A program made the translations under genes and the position numbers. A DNA stretch of 64,000 nt, from assembly GCA_963693365.1 (NCBI GenBank), contig CAVNZM010000016.1:5935029-5999028 (forward strand), read 5' to 3'. This DNA comes from Amoebidium appalachense. Lineage: Eukaryota > Protista > Ichthyosporea. How positions within the stretch are numbered: the first letter of the stretch is position 1; every line of letters starts with the position of its first letter. Positions 43,231 through 64,000 of the stretch are shown here, in pieces. Below the pieces are notes generated by a model. That model was given only the letters and a program-made list of their open reading frames with translations, was not told where the DNA came from and made no database searches.

Positions 43231-45916
43231 GGGGACATGTACAAGTTGACTGGGTTTTTCAGGATGGGCTCGGTGGTGCATTCAAAAATCGCAGGTGTTG
43301 TGCACCACACAAGTTTGCGGAATGTGAAGTTCGGAAAAAGAATGCTTACAGAACAAGTTATGCCTCCGTTTTGGGGTGTTGGGTTTGTGCACTTGCGAGT
43401 TTGCACCATGCTGCCGCACTGCCCGCTGCACACAGACCAAGCAGACCAGCCCCCGTTAACTATCGTCACAGATTCGACGGTGAATTTTTCGTTGTCGACT
43501 GGGATTTGCTGGGGCATATCATAGATGAATGTATCGCGCAGAGGATACCCTGTGCTCCACAGTGGTGTTGTTTCGTCAAAGTGCTTGAGTCTGCAAACAG
43601 AAAAAGGTTAATTTGGTTGCCGTAATACGGGAATCGGTGTGAACAAGCATTCCCCCCCCACCCCCCTCCCCTCCCCCCCCTTCCGGGTGCAAAGCAAAAA
43701 CCGTTGGGGAAAAAAAGAAAAAAAAAAAAAAAAAAAAAAGGGGGGGGGGGGTGGGGAGGGAAGAAAAAAGCAAAAAAAAAGCAAGCACACAAACACACAC
43801 ATATGTGCGCGCGTGACCATGGCACACCAGAGTGGTTGAGTGTGCACGATATTCTTGTCTTCCTGCTTGAACAAGCTCGCCACATCATACAGATTTTGCA
43901 CCTCAGCGATCTTAAACTTTCCACACACCCAAAAGCAACCCATGGATATTTCTGTTGCGGACATTGTCAGCATGTTCAAAAAACTTCGCTTTCCATAGTG
44001 GCCTATGCAACTGTTCAGCATATTGGATAGCTACCATATGAATAATTCGAATCAAATATCAGGTTACTGTCGTGTGAAGGCAACATACATGCACGTTGCA
44101 CCCAGCCACGTGAAGGCGTTGCAGTTTGGAGTCGTCAGGCACAGGTCCTTGCATGCTTGCACGGTGCTCGCTTGCCCAGCTCCTGCAAGGTTTGCCTGCG
44201 AGTCGGTGTTCGGGTATCTCTTCCAGATCTCTGAAGAGGGGAGGGAGCGAGTTAATCAGATTATCAAGCTATTTGATTGTTTACATGTACACTGATTCAC
44301 TGTCGGGTGCTGCCCAAACACGCTATTACATCTGTATCACACCACCAAAGACCAAACTTCTAAATAGTTGTTCAAAATGGCACGGGCCACACTGTTACAT
44401 GTACAGTACATGTACATAGCAGGCTAGAAATCTAATATGGAAGCTCATATTGATGGGAAGATCTAGAGCCCCTAAGGGGAAAACGGCATATTCTCTTTTC
44501 TTGCTCTAGCCAACTGTGCCCCCCCCCCCCCCCCCCTTCCCCCCGGGGCCCGAAAAAAACTGGATACCATCAAAAGGGGCACTAAGGCTGCACCCACCTG
44601 TGCCAGCTCTGTAGTCTTTGCAGGTGGGGCACAAGCAGTCATCTGGAAGTGCGCTGCACATGCCGTTGGCGGAGCAGCAGGCTGCAAGGCCAGCAGAATT
44701 GCACTCGGCAGCATGGCCGGCTGGAGCAAGAAAGCTCGGACCACAGAGCCCGTCTGCTCTCCACGCTGCAAAAATCGAAAAACTTGAATGATTAACCTTG
44801 AGTGTGAAGCGAGCCTCGGGGAACACCCACACTCAAGTCTGCTAGAATGTGTTTCCTTCAGCCGTGTCTTGTCTTTTTCCCTTGCCTAGTACATGTAGGA
44901 TTGAAAATAATATGACACACCCTTTAAAAAGCATTTACATTGCTTATAACAATCTCTAAAAGCCAAAATATATGTGACTACTTAGATGGTTTTCCCAAAA
45001 AGCAAAACCAAAAGGCAAACCTGAAGACTCGAAGTTTCCACGTTCCTTTCAAGCAAAACGAAGCACATTCAGTCAAAAATGTCAATGACTATCGATCTTA
45101 AAGTTGTTGATATGAGCACGCTTGGGTGACTGAACCTACCCTTTCTGTAGTCGACGGATCCTTCACTCAAGCAGTGGTAGTCAGTGTTGCCACACTCTCC
45201 CAACGGAGAGCAGCAAGGCCTGTTGAGGTCGTGGGGGTTGCATGTGGATGGCTCCCCGCTTGGCGTAGGAAATCGAACACCACAGAGTCCATCTTCTCGA
45301 TAGCTGGGTGCTTTGGAGACAGGAACTGCACCGAGTAACGCAGGGTTGACGTAATGTTTACTTAGGCTGAAAAAACCGTAGGAACAAGGCTACATATCCA
45401 ATATGAACAATGAGATTGTGCGAGTTGCAGAGATGTATGTACCTGGATTCGGTGCAAGGCCAAATGTAGGGACAGGACCTGGTGGCTGAGGTTTGTCAAA
45501 AAGGGGTACATAGAAAAGAAAAAAACAAGCAGCCTTCACCAATTCACAATCCTGCAGGAACAAGATTTCTGGACAAAAATCTTAGCTCTTTGAACGACAA
45601 CGTTAAGGATGATCAGCACGCGTACGTGCTTGTACATGTGCCTAAAATGACAGACAAAAACCTTCACGCAACAGGAGACTCGGTTGCAGACTCTGAGTTA
45701 AACATGGAAGCTCAAACTATAGACTAACGCTTTCATATCACACGTCCCTTCACATACAGATAATTGGAAAAAAGGCAGTCTCGGTGTAAATCAAGCAGGA
45801 AACGCTCATGTTCTTTCCTCACCTGTGCCGAAGTAATTCAGAGCCGAGGCAACCGGAGGATTGGTAAGGAGCACGGCCGCAGAACCAAGAAGAAGAGTAG
45901 TCGTCCAATACATCAT
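39035..45916 (-). CDS. Secreted mosaic protein: signal peptide, 2x hevein-like chitin-binding modules, PAN/apple, TSP1, spherulin-4 (GH135-like) domain; ~613 aa
   Basis: 13 GT-AG exons, all in phase: 45916-45823, 45478-45443, 45325-45140, 44765-44598, 44230-44089, 43590-43350, 43035-42790, 42682-42573, 41755-41602, 41350-41185, 40334-40270, 40065-39983, 39185-39035. Motifs: R.DGLCG..C..PCCS..G.C..DYR (x2); CKDLC....CNAFTW..CILK; VNGGWSAWSVCSGQCG..QTRKCTNPTPQNGG; LVPFY, VVN..GP, IGYIYT, GIFIDE, MIIYE, LPPYW. Confidence 0.85.
41925..42450. repeat. Diverged ~285-bp tandem duplication in an intron
   Basis: ttccccgattacagca..ccccgtcactc..gagaggagaaaaaga..ttgtggaggtg.atgaat..gataaacagt..ccccagaaa occurs at ~41925 and ~42208. 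Confidence 0.85.
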
Positions 45917-46256
45917 GATGATGAAAAAGGCATGAAACACCGTCGTTACGGAGAGATTTTTCTTGTGACTCTATAAGACCAAAGAAGATTCATGAGACTA
46001 CTGTAAACGAACAGCACATTTGATACAGAAGTTGCTGTTACAGATTCGTCCGAATACCTGTGTCCACTTCTGATGTGCTTGGACAATCGTGTAAAAAAAC
46101 TCTCTATATCCTGCCCTAGAAGATTTTAGAAGCGCTCTAACTACCCCAACTCGTGAAGTTTGTGTGGACACAAGTTTTCAAAGGGGAATGGCTGGTTTTA
46201 TAGTGGTGCGCAGAAGGGTTTCGATCCAACCATAAACGGAGCGTAATATCACAAAA

Positions 46257-46312
46257 TTTCGCGCCAAAGCACTAAATAACCCAATCAAATTAGAGAAAGC
46301 AAAAGATTGGCT
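46257..46312. promoter_or_regulatory. E2F element TTTCGCGCCAAA plus two CCAAT boxes in a divergent promoter
   Basis: TTTCGCGCCAAA at 46257-46268, ccaatc at ~46281 and gattgg at ~46305, between the GH135-like gene (minus) and the RING gene (plus). Confidence 0.45.
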
Positions 46313-46890
46313 GACGGAGCCGAGTAAGGTAAAATCTCCCTTGTGCCTGTGTACTCGAGCTCCAACAACATCTGCAGGATATGACTTATGTGGTGTAGAG
46401 CGTCTGTGGTGTAGAGCGACTATCATATAGCGCGTATACACAAATAAAAAATAATATATGAGAAAACACACAGGGATTGCACGGGACTAACACAATCACC
46501 TACGTATACCCGCTTTTGACTTTGCCATGATCTATATTTAGCACACACACTAGCCATATATGGTATTTTTTGTAAGCCCGGCCGCTTTTTTTTTTTTGTT
46601 CTGGGAGGTGATTGGTTTACTTGCCGCCTGTGTGACGTCATGCTTGCTCTTACAGTCTGAGCATGCACAAGGCCTGGCACGTACTGACGGTGCCTGGGCT
46701 GCTATGAACTTGCCGTTCGCCTCACACCCCTATTTTTCCTTACACTCTCGCGACCGCGTGCATGCTTTCTCTCGCGGCGGCTCTACGGTCCCGAGAGTCC
46801 AGTGTTCGCTGTGTGTGTAAGGAAAAATACGAGTCACCTCACTAGGTGACAGGCACAAGGCCGGTAAAGTGCTCACCATGAAGATTTACC

Positions 46891-48643
46891 ATGTACGCTC
46901 AAGTTGCCGCTGCAGCTGCCCTACAAGGCTCCTTACAGGCAGCGTGCAGCAAACCACTCAAGTTTGACATGTCACGTTATACGAAACCTGATGTTGCGTC
47001 TTTCTTTAACTGTGCTGTGTGCCTCGACGTGTCCAACGACCCGTGTGAGTTGAAATGTGGTCACATCTTCTGCGTTGCATGTGTTCAAGCAGCTTTACAG
47101 AGGACCAACTTCTGCCCAACATGCAAAACCATCGTTCTGGGTGCCGAACAAGGGGAAGAGGTCAGTGTCCAACGAAAAGAGCAAATGGAATGCCCAAACT
47201 GCGCATAATATAATATGATCCCCACCCCATTACACCCCTCCCTTCCCAGGGATTCTGCGCACAAACACATTCTTTAAATCTCTCATCCACACCTGGAAAT
47301 ACCCCCCCTCCCCCCCCCCCCCCCCCGGCCCCCACCAACCCATTTACCCTCCTTTTTCTTTCTTTCCCCGCCTCTTCTTTCAATTCTTTTCTTTTTTCAG
47401 GTCATCAGAAGAGTTGCGCTCCCACGTGCGAATGCGGACGGAAAATCGCACGGCAGGACTGGGACGTCCACCAGAAAACATGCGGAGACGCCTTTGTCCT
47501 GTGCCCATTTTCCAACTTGACTGGCCATGGGTGTGACGAGATAATCCGGCGCAAAGAGATTGAAAAGCATTTGGGTGAACAGGCCGGGAACACCTTCTGC
47601 TGGTTACCAAGCACATCACGCAACTCACTAAGTAAAATGCAGACTTGAAGGCGGAGATATTGGCTCTGGAAAAGAAGGGTGCAAAAACTAATTCCAAAGG
47701 CGAATCGGTTACTGAAACATCAGCAGCGACAACGGAAGAAACCGAAACTACACCTGGACCACATGACGCTTCTTCTACTTTGGACACACTTGCACAGACG
47801 GCGGAAAACACTCCATCGGCGATATCGAATCCCTCTTCAGACACAGAAAACAGTGGGGAATCCGAGGAAAACGAGAAAAACGACACAACTTCTGATTCAG
47901 AAATGTTTCCGCGCTTTTGCTCTCTCTGCCGCTGCCTACTGACTGCCCAAGGCACGTGCAGCTGTGAATCGTACAAGGCGGCAGTGAGAGAGAGGGACAA
48001 GGTGTTGAATGTTTCCACCCGCCCACGCCAGCCAATCAGAGCGCACCGCCGTCTTGTCAGAGCCAATAACCCATGCACCCCAACCTTTTCCACTCCAGCC
48101 AACCGTGAATCTACTTTAACTTTTGGCGCTAATGCCAACCCGTTCACCGCTGCAACCAATTCATCTGGATCCGCCAATTCTACTAGCACCGGCGGTCGCA
48201 TGACGACATCAAACGAAGAAACGTGGATCTTTGGAACGTACCCAGTTGTCGACGGACACCCGTGCCCTTCATCCCCAAACAACAACAGCGCCCAGCCTGA
48301 GGTGAATGTTCCTGTTTCCTCGGCGGCAAATGTGCACAGTGGAACGGATGTGTCGTATGCGGAAGCACACGGCAATGTGAATACGACGGTTCCTATTGAC
48401 CAACCTTCAGGCATGCGGCCCGCGTGGCGATTTAGGCAGTCTCCGACAGTGTTCAACACAAGGTTTGCAACTGGCACGTTTACGTTTACGGGCGGCAATA
48501 CCACAAATATGTTCACCGACAACGCAAACATGAACACGAATATGGACGCACCCGTGACCGTCAGACATCTACAGACGGCAATAGCACAGTTGCTGCAACC
48601 AGTTGCTGCAACCACCACACAAGCAACACCACTAGGAGACTAG
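46891..48643 (+). pseudogene. C3HC4 RING + TRAF-type zinc finger + coiled-coil protein with Thr/Asn/Ser-rich tail, disrupted
   Basis: Exon 1 (46891-47160) encodes CAVCLD..CGHIFCVAC..CPTC. Exon 2 starts at 47401 and encodes CECG..WDVHQKTC..CPF..GC..IRRKEIEKHL in a frame out of phase with exon 1. A second frameshift near 47588 restores EHLLLV, and a TAA lies at 47633-47635. Confidence 0.75.
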
Positions 48644-48964
48644 TGAAGCATAATTTTAAGACCTTACTGTAATTCATGCACATTCCTACTTTTTTATTGT
48701 TTTATAAATACTTTTTATCGTTGAGCTTTTATTATGTTGGGCTTTATAGGTATGATCGACATCATTGTAGTTGATCACGGTGCGTGTGTTTGTTTGGAAC
48801 CGTTGTTTCGTAACCTGTGCCCTTCTCTATGTGCAATATTTGTGTTTGTTTTTTTTACGATCAAATCAGTTTATACACTGGGCGGGATATCACTTGACAA
48901 ACAACCGTTCTCTTAATGTGTATGCGTGTGTTCGAGCATGCATGCGGATTGGTTTGTGGCGGGT

Positions 48965-49130
48965 GTGTATCTGTGCGGATGATTGGGGGGGGGGGGGGGG
49001 GGGTTGATGCTTTGGGGGGGGGGGGGGGGGGGCTGCGTGGATTATTGGGGGGAGGGGGGAGGGGGATATCTGTGCGGATGAATGGTCCGGGAGGGGGGCG
49101 GGGGAGTATCTGTGCGGATGAATGGGGGGG
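48965..49130. repeat. Short motif (tatctgtgcggatga.tgg) x3-4 separated by G-runs
   Basis: Copies at ~48968, ~49033 (degenerate), ~49067 and ~49107. Confidence 0.7.
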
Positions 49131-49730
49131 GAGGGGGGGGGGGGGGGGGGAGGGGGGATAATCTAGCTCTAATAAGGGATGATTAGAAACAGTAGGCTAT
49201 AAGACTTTTACTGTAGCAGTGCTCCTGTTGTCCTGATTACGTGGCATACTGGCTAGGCAGTACACCGTACTGTGTTGTGCAGGATTTTAGAGCGCAGTCA
49301 GCGAATGCACGATTTGTGTAGGTAAGTAATTTGCATATTACGGTACGAGCTTAAAGGGGCTAAGGAAAAACATTCACAGCGAAAGAGGATAACTTTGTGG
49401 TGCCGGCCGATCATTGCGTTTGTAGAACTGCTTACTATATTACGGCTAAGGTCTGGCAGAGCTAAAACCTAATCCGGATCCACTAATGTTGTTTAAAACT
49501 TTAGTGTTAAACATTGACTGTGTTGTTGTTTCAAATTTTTTACTGTATTGTTTTAACTTATAGTGTACGGTTTTCAACTTTACGTAATTCTATACTGTAT
49601 TGATATTAATGATGGTGATTGATATGCTGATGTGTAATATCCCCATTGATCCGAATACGAATATGAATAATATGATTTCTTGCCGTGACTCATCTTTGTA
49701 TGTAGGCATGACACATTACCCTTCTCCCTG

Positions 49731-49773
<43 letters not shown>

Positions 49774-49995
49774 AGTCAAAAGCACCACCAGCATATTTTT
49801 CTGTGAATGGAACTGTTATAACATTACAGGAGCAAGGACTAATGAATGTCCACACGTAATGATTTATTGATTCGCAGTAAGTAAAATTTATGGAGGCCTA
49901 TGGTACATGTCAGAGGTTATTCTATGTGTGTTAATTATATCATGGCGCACATACATGGCATGATAGTGACTAAATAAAGTAAGGTGATGTGCCTG

Positions 49996-50335
49996 AAAAT
50001 CAGGCAATAAATATCAACAAGAAAATCAAGCAGGATATTTGGATATATGCACGAAACTTAGGCAGGACATTTGGATATCTACACGAAAATTAGGCAGGGC
50101 ATTTGGACATCTACACGAAAATCAGGCAGGATATTTGTATATCTACACGGAAATTAGGCAGGATATTTGGATAACTGCATAAAGATAAGGCAGGACACAG
50201 TGGATATCTACACGAAAATCAGACACGGCATTTTCATACCTACAAGAAAATTAGGCATGACATTTGGATATCTACATCACAAAAGGATATTTGGATATCT
50301 ACACGATAACAAGGCAGGACATTTACCTACATGAA
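49996..50335. repeat. ~31-bp minisatellite, about 10 copies (aaaattaggcaggacatttggatatctacacg)
   Basis: Head-to-tail degenerate units immediately downstream of the stop codon at 50380. Confidence 0.9.
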
Positions 50336-50379
50336 AAATAGAGAAGATGTGCACGTGGTCAATTCCATTCCTTTTGAAT

Positions 50380-50637
50380 TTATCGATATTGGTGAGGGCA
50401 TAGTAAAAGGTCAGTAAAAGCTAGCGAGGGTGTTTTTAGGTCAGCCTGACACACGCCTGAAGCATAAAACGTGCAAGTAGAGAGTTTTTCGTCCCAAATT
50501 GCATCGGTGCACGTGGAATCTGATGCAACGGCACAACTTGCTCCACATGTGGCTCTGTTCGGTATGCCTGCCTGCACGACACCGCTGGGAGAATTGCAGC
50601 TCTGGTATGCTAGCCCTGTGTGTGTGTGTGTGTACAC

Positions 50638-50716
<79 letters not shown>

Positions 50717-50772
50717 GCAAACCCCTCAGCCCCTGTCGTGTATACATATGGTGTGTGTGTGTGTGGGTGGGT

Positions 50773-50808
<36 letters not shown>

Positions 50809-50847
50809 AATGAATGAGTGAGTGAGTGAGTGAGTGAGTGAGTGAAT

Positions 50848-50905
<58 letters not shown>

Positions 50906-51372
50906 GTGTGTGTGTGTGTGTGAATGTGTGTGTATGTGTGTGTATGTGTGTGGGTGTGTGCGCACGGTGTGTGCGTGTGTATGAGTGTGAGGATGTGCCA
51001 GTCTGTGTGTATTTTCACGATGTGTGTGTTCGCGCACGGTGTGCACTGAGTCTCACAGTGAGCGTTCATGAATATTTTTTTAAGGCTGCGTTTCATTTCC
51101 ATAAATGCACTCATTTCGTATACCACGGCAGAGCCGCGAGTGGGTGGAAGACAATCTGTCCAAAGCCCAAAGCCAAAGGATACATCTGACTACATGCTTT
51201 ATTAATTACACTGACTGTGTTAAGCAGACGTAATATGCAGGAAAACTCTCGAGAAAAACAATATTAATGGAAATAAGCCTGCGTTTACTGTACACCATTG
51301 TATTATGAGGCCTTCTATGATTTACCGTGAATAGACCTTGCCACCGGTTCCGAAGGAGGAAGGGAGGAGGGT

Positions 51373-51403
<31 letters not shown>

Positions 51404-51543
51404 GGGGGAGGGGGGGGAGGGGGGAGGGGGTTAGATGCGCCATAGGGAGCAAAGTACGTAATGAAGTTCACAACGATAAGCACGATGCATATTTTGCACT
51501 CTGCAGAGCCATCATCCGGGCGGGCGGGCAGGCGGGCGAGCGG

Positions 51544-51584
<41 letters not shown>

Positions 51585-52245
51585 CTTACATCCTCCGGGG
51601 CATGTTGTTGCGCTAGTGTCTAGATCTGCTCGTTTGGAAAAAACAAAGTGCGTTAGCACAGCAAAGAAAAGTTTGCTCCCAAATAAAGTCACCATGCCGC
51701 ATTGCTTATTGGTGGGGGGTCCTTGCTTGAAACTTTGAGGACAACAACTTAAAAAAGTCACCCAATGTCCAGTCTTTTATTCATTGTGCATGGTGGGGGC
51801 ATGCAGGGTGGGGCTGGTTGGGGGGGGGGGGGGGGGGAGGGGGGGGGGAGGGGGGGGGGGGGGAAGGGTTAATAAGTGAACTTGTGGGTTACCCTGAATG
51901 GTTGACCTTTGTTATGGTGCAAGTTTCCTTGTTTAGGCCATTACCTGTGTGTCACTTAGTCAGAAACTATCATTCAATTGCTATTTGCTTTTAGTGTGGG
52001 GTTTCGGAGTCAGTGTGTGGCAGTAGTATCATGAGGCTCAGTATTAGACATATGAAAATGAACAACATTTGAGGTCGATCCCTGTGAAAAGTATTAAAGT
52101 GGGTGCAAGTTAATTGCTGCGTGACTACAAACCTTGCAAACGTTGTGTTCTCAGTGTGGTTAGGCGGGACACCATGTCTGTGCCACACAAGAGTCAGTAT
52201 GACTAAGAGGGCTACTAGGCGGGTGGTACCATCTCTATGAATCAT
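50380..52245 (-). CDS. Small secreted cysteine-rich protein with a PAN/apple-like module, ~138 aa
   Basis: Proposed exons: 52245-52173 (hydrophobic LVALLVILTLVW), 51625-51590, 51185-51124, 50732-50723 (10 nt) and 50615-50380 (TCGASC..STCTDAIWD..TCTFY). The phases are consistent only if the microexon is included. Confidence 0.55.
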
Positions 52246-52635
52246 TTATTTGGACTTCCGTTTTTTGTCTCGCTTCAAGCTGTTTAGTATCTCTCTCTCA
52301 CGAAGCTCTGTTACACTCTTTTGGCTCTGTGGCAAAGGAGGTGTGTGTGTGTGGGTGTGTGTGTGTATGTGTGTATGTGTGTGTGTATGTGTGTGTGTGT
52401 GTGTGTGTATGTGTGTGTGTGTGTGTGTGCGCGCGCTTGCGTATGTGTATGTGTGTGAATGCATGTGCATGAGTGCATGACTGTGCCGAGGTGATCGTGT
52501 CACGTACGTAGCGTGTACTTGTCTTACATATGTGGGCATGAATGCACGCACTGGCGGGGGGGAGGGATGTTACATACATGATGGGCAATCCAGGGCTGGT
52601 GTATCATGTTCACGTCGATCCACACATCGATTGTG

Positions 52636-52688
<53 letters not shown>

Positions 52689-53044
52689 AGTCAGTCGACA
52701 ATGCAGGCTGCGAGCACCTTTTACCTCTTAGCAATGCGCGCCACTTTCTCTCTATCACAGACTTCTAACCTCAAATGATTCTGTAGGAGCTTAAATGCAC
52801 CCTCGGTCTGCTCCCCCCCCCCCCCCCCTCCCCCCCCCCCCCCCCCCCCCCCCTCCCCGCCCCCCCCCCTTTGCCCCCCGTCCCGCGCACCCACTGATTA
52901 CCAAGCCTACACATGTACGAATATTCAAAAGCATGAATGAGTAGACAATTCTAGCATAAGCATTTTGACTAACCAGTTCTGTCATTGTGTACATAGCGAT
53001 AGCCACCGCGGGATGTCACTTGCATGTAACTGCTTTTTTTTTTT

Positions 53045-53094
<50 letters not shown>

Positions 53095-53409
53095 GAGGGA
53101 GGAAGGGGGGCAGGGGAGGGGCCGGGAGGGAGAGGGATTTCTTTGCTCCAGTAGAATACCCAATGAGATAGGGCACTGCACCGGGCCAGTTTGTTTTGTG
53201 AGTTTTGCGTTTTTACTACCACTTACAAGGATCGCGCCCAACCAGGTCATTCTAGCCACTTTTGTGGCTCCGATCGTTGGTCGACTAATCACAAACGTCC
53301 ATATCCGATCTTCGTAGCATACGGTCTCGTCCAAAAACTCTCCATTGCTACCAAGATATCACTCGCCCTGTTTTCTTTGGAAGTGCAACAAGAGCGTGGA
53401 CGGTGGTGC

Positions 53410-53520
53410 AGTTTTAGCCAATCAGAAGTCACAGGTTGGTGCGCTATATATAGGTTTTCTACCTATATATAGCGCACTAAGAACGGGCCGTATCTGTGTT
53501 CCGTTTGGCGCCCGCCGCGG
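53410..53520 (+). promoter_or_regulatory. Probable promoter between divergent genes: CCAAT, TATA-like and E2F-like motifs
   Basis: agccaatcag at ~53416, ctatatatag twice (~53444, ~53463) and tttggcgc at 53504-53511, upstream of MED13. Confidence 0.35.
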
Positions 53521-54552
53521 CTCAGCTGCAACTTTCGTTTCAATGATCATGCAAGTGCGCGAGAAGTGACCCAAACACAACCGTTCATAAAAGCAGTGAA
53601 TTTAGGGGCTTCTAAAAGCGATTGCTACCGAAACACAGAGTATTTTAACAAAGCTAAGGGTTGTTAAGGCTATTTAGAAGACGATCGCCAGTTTATAGGG
53701 CTTGGAAGGTAGGCAACACTGAACATGTAACACTCACTGTTCATGTAAGAGTATGTAAGGTCGGGGTATTGTTTGTGTAGAGGGCCTGGCATTATTCAAG
53801 TACTAGGGTGGTTGGCGTGAAGAATGCATATATTTCACCAGAAATTGATATAACTAGTCTGAAACTCTAATTTGGGCACTTTTTACGGGAATGATTTCAC
53901 GTAACCTTACCAAGACATCCAACCACACACTGTAGTTCTCATAAGGCAATCACAGGAAGACGAAACAGTAGGCGGTTCGACATTCCTTGAAGCGTACGGA
54001 TGGGAACCATGCGATGCAACAGAATTTACACTCACATGGTTCACATGAAACGCGGCCGTGTCATTGACGTTGTCTGTCTACACTCTTGCTCCCTCCCTCC
54101 CTCCCCCCCTCCCCCCCCCCCCCCCCCTCCCCCCCCCCCCCCCTCCCCCCCCTCCCCCCCCCCCTCTCTCTCTCTCTGTCTCCCCTCCTCTCTCTCTCCT
54201 TCACTGTCTCACTCCACTCAATCCTTGCCTGCCCTGCACATATGCAACTCTGTGCCGGTTGGTACATCTCTGCGTTCCCCCCATACATCACTACTAATCA
54301 CTGCCAGCTTGTGCTGTACACACACAACCTAGCTCCGTCATCTGCACACTCCACATATCGTTTTGCTCTTGCCCCCCCCCCCCCCCCCCCCCCCCACACA
54401 CACACACCCTTCCACCCCCCCCCCCAAAACAACAACAACAAGAAAAATCGTTTTTTAATTTCGTGATTTCTTTTTTTCTTTTGCTGGCAGGGTACTCCGT
54501 GATGTGCCAACAATAGTGCGGAGGTGTGAGGGCTCACAGCCCATCCGGCGCC

Positions 54553-64000
<9,448 letters not shown>

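Noticed and set aside
43818-44021. Extra exon in the GH135-like gene (SCIGHYGKRSF..)
   Set aside because: Exons 44230-44089 and 43590-43350 join directly in phase and complete the PAN C-x-LK motif without it.
47380-48618. 412-aa minus-strand ORF
   Set aside because: It is the antisense shadow of the low-complexity plus-strand tail of the RING/TRAF gene.
49996-50335. CRISPR-like ~31-bp repeats
   Set aside because: Head-to-tail degenerate units with no spacers; this is a minisatellite.

Overview
This is eukaryotic genomic DNA. An animal-like MED13 and TSP1/TRAF/cAMP-receptor genes suggest a unicellular opisthokont or holozoan (inference). Introns are packed with (CA)n/(GT)n, (GA)n and poly-C/poly-G tracts, so most entries in the ORF track are repeat artefacts. 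Genes were rebuilt by hand with splice-phase checks: ARP5 (minus, partial), a cAMP-receptor-like GPCR, nicotinamide riboside kinase, a 13-exon secreted protein (2x hevein-like chitin-binding, PAN, TSP1, spherulin-4/GH135-like), a RING/TRAF-zinc-finger pseudogene, a small secreted PAN-like protein with a probable 10-nt microexon, and MED13 (plus, partial). Mobile and repeated DNA includes a 3.2-kb TGT...ACA TIR element with an intron-containing HHCC-DDE integrase (Ginger-like), a 2-kb non-autonomous TIR element, several minisatellites and a decayed intronless coding island. A dispersed intronic element family was found only in sense orientation, in four different host genes. All family assignments come from motif recall, not database searches.
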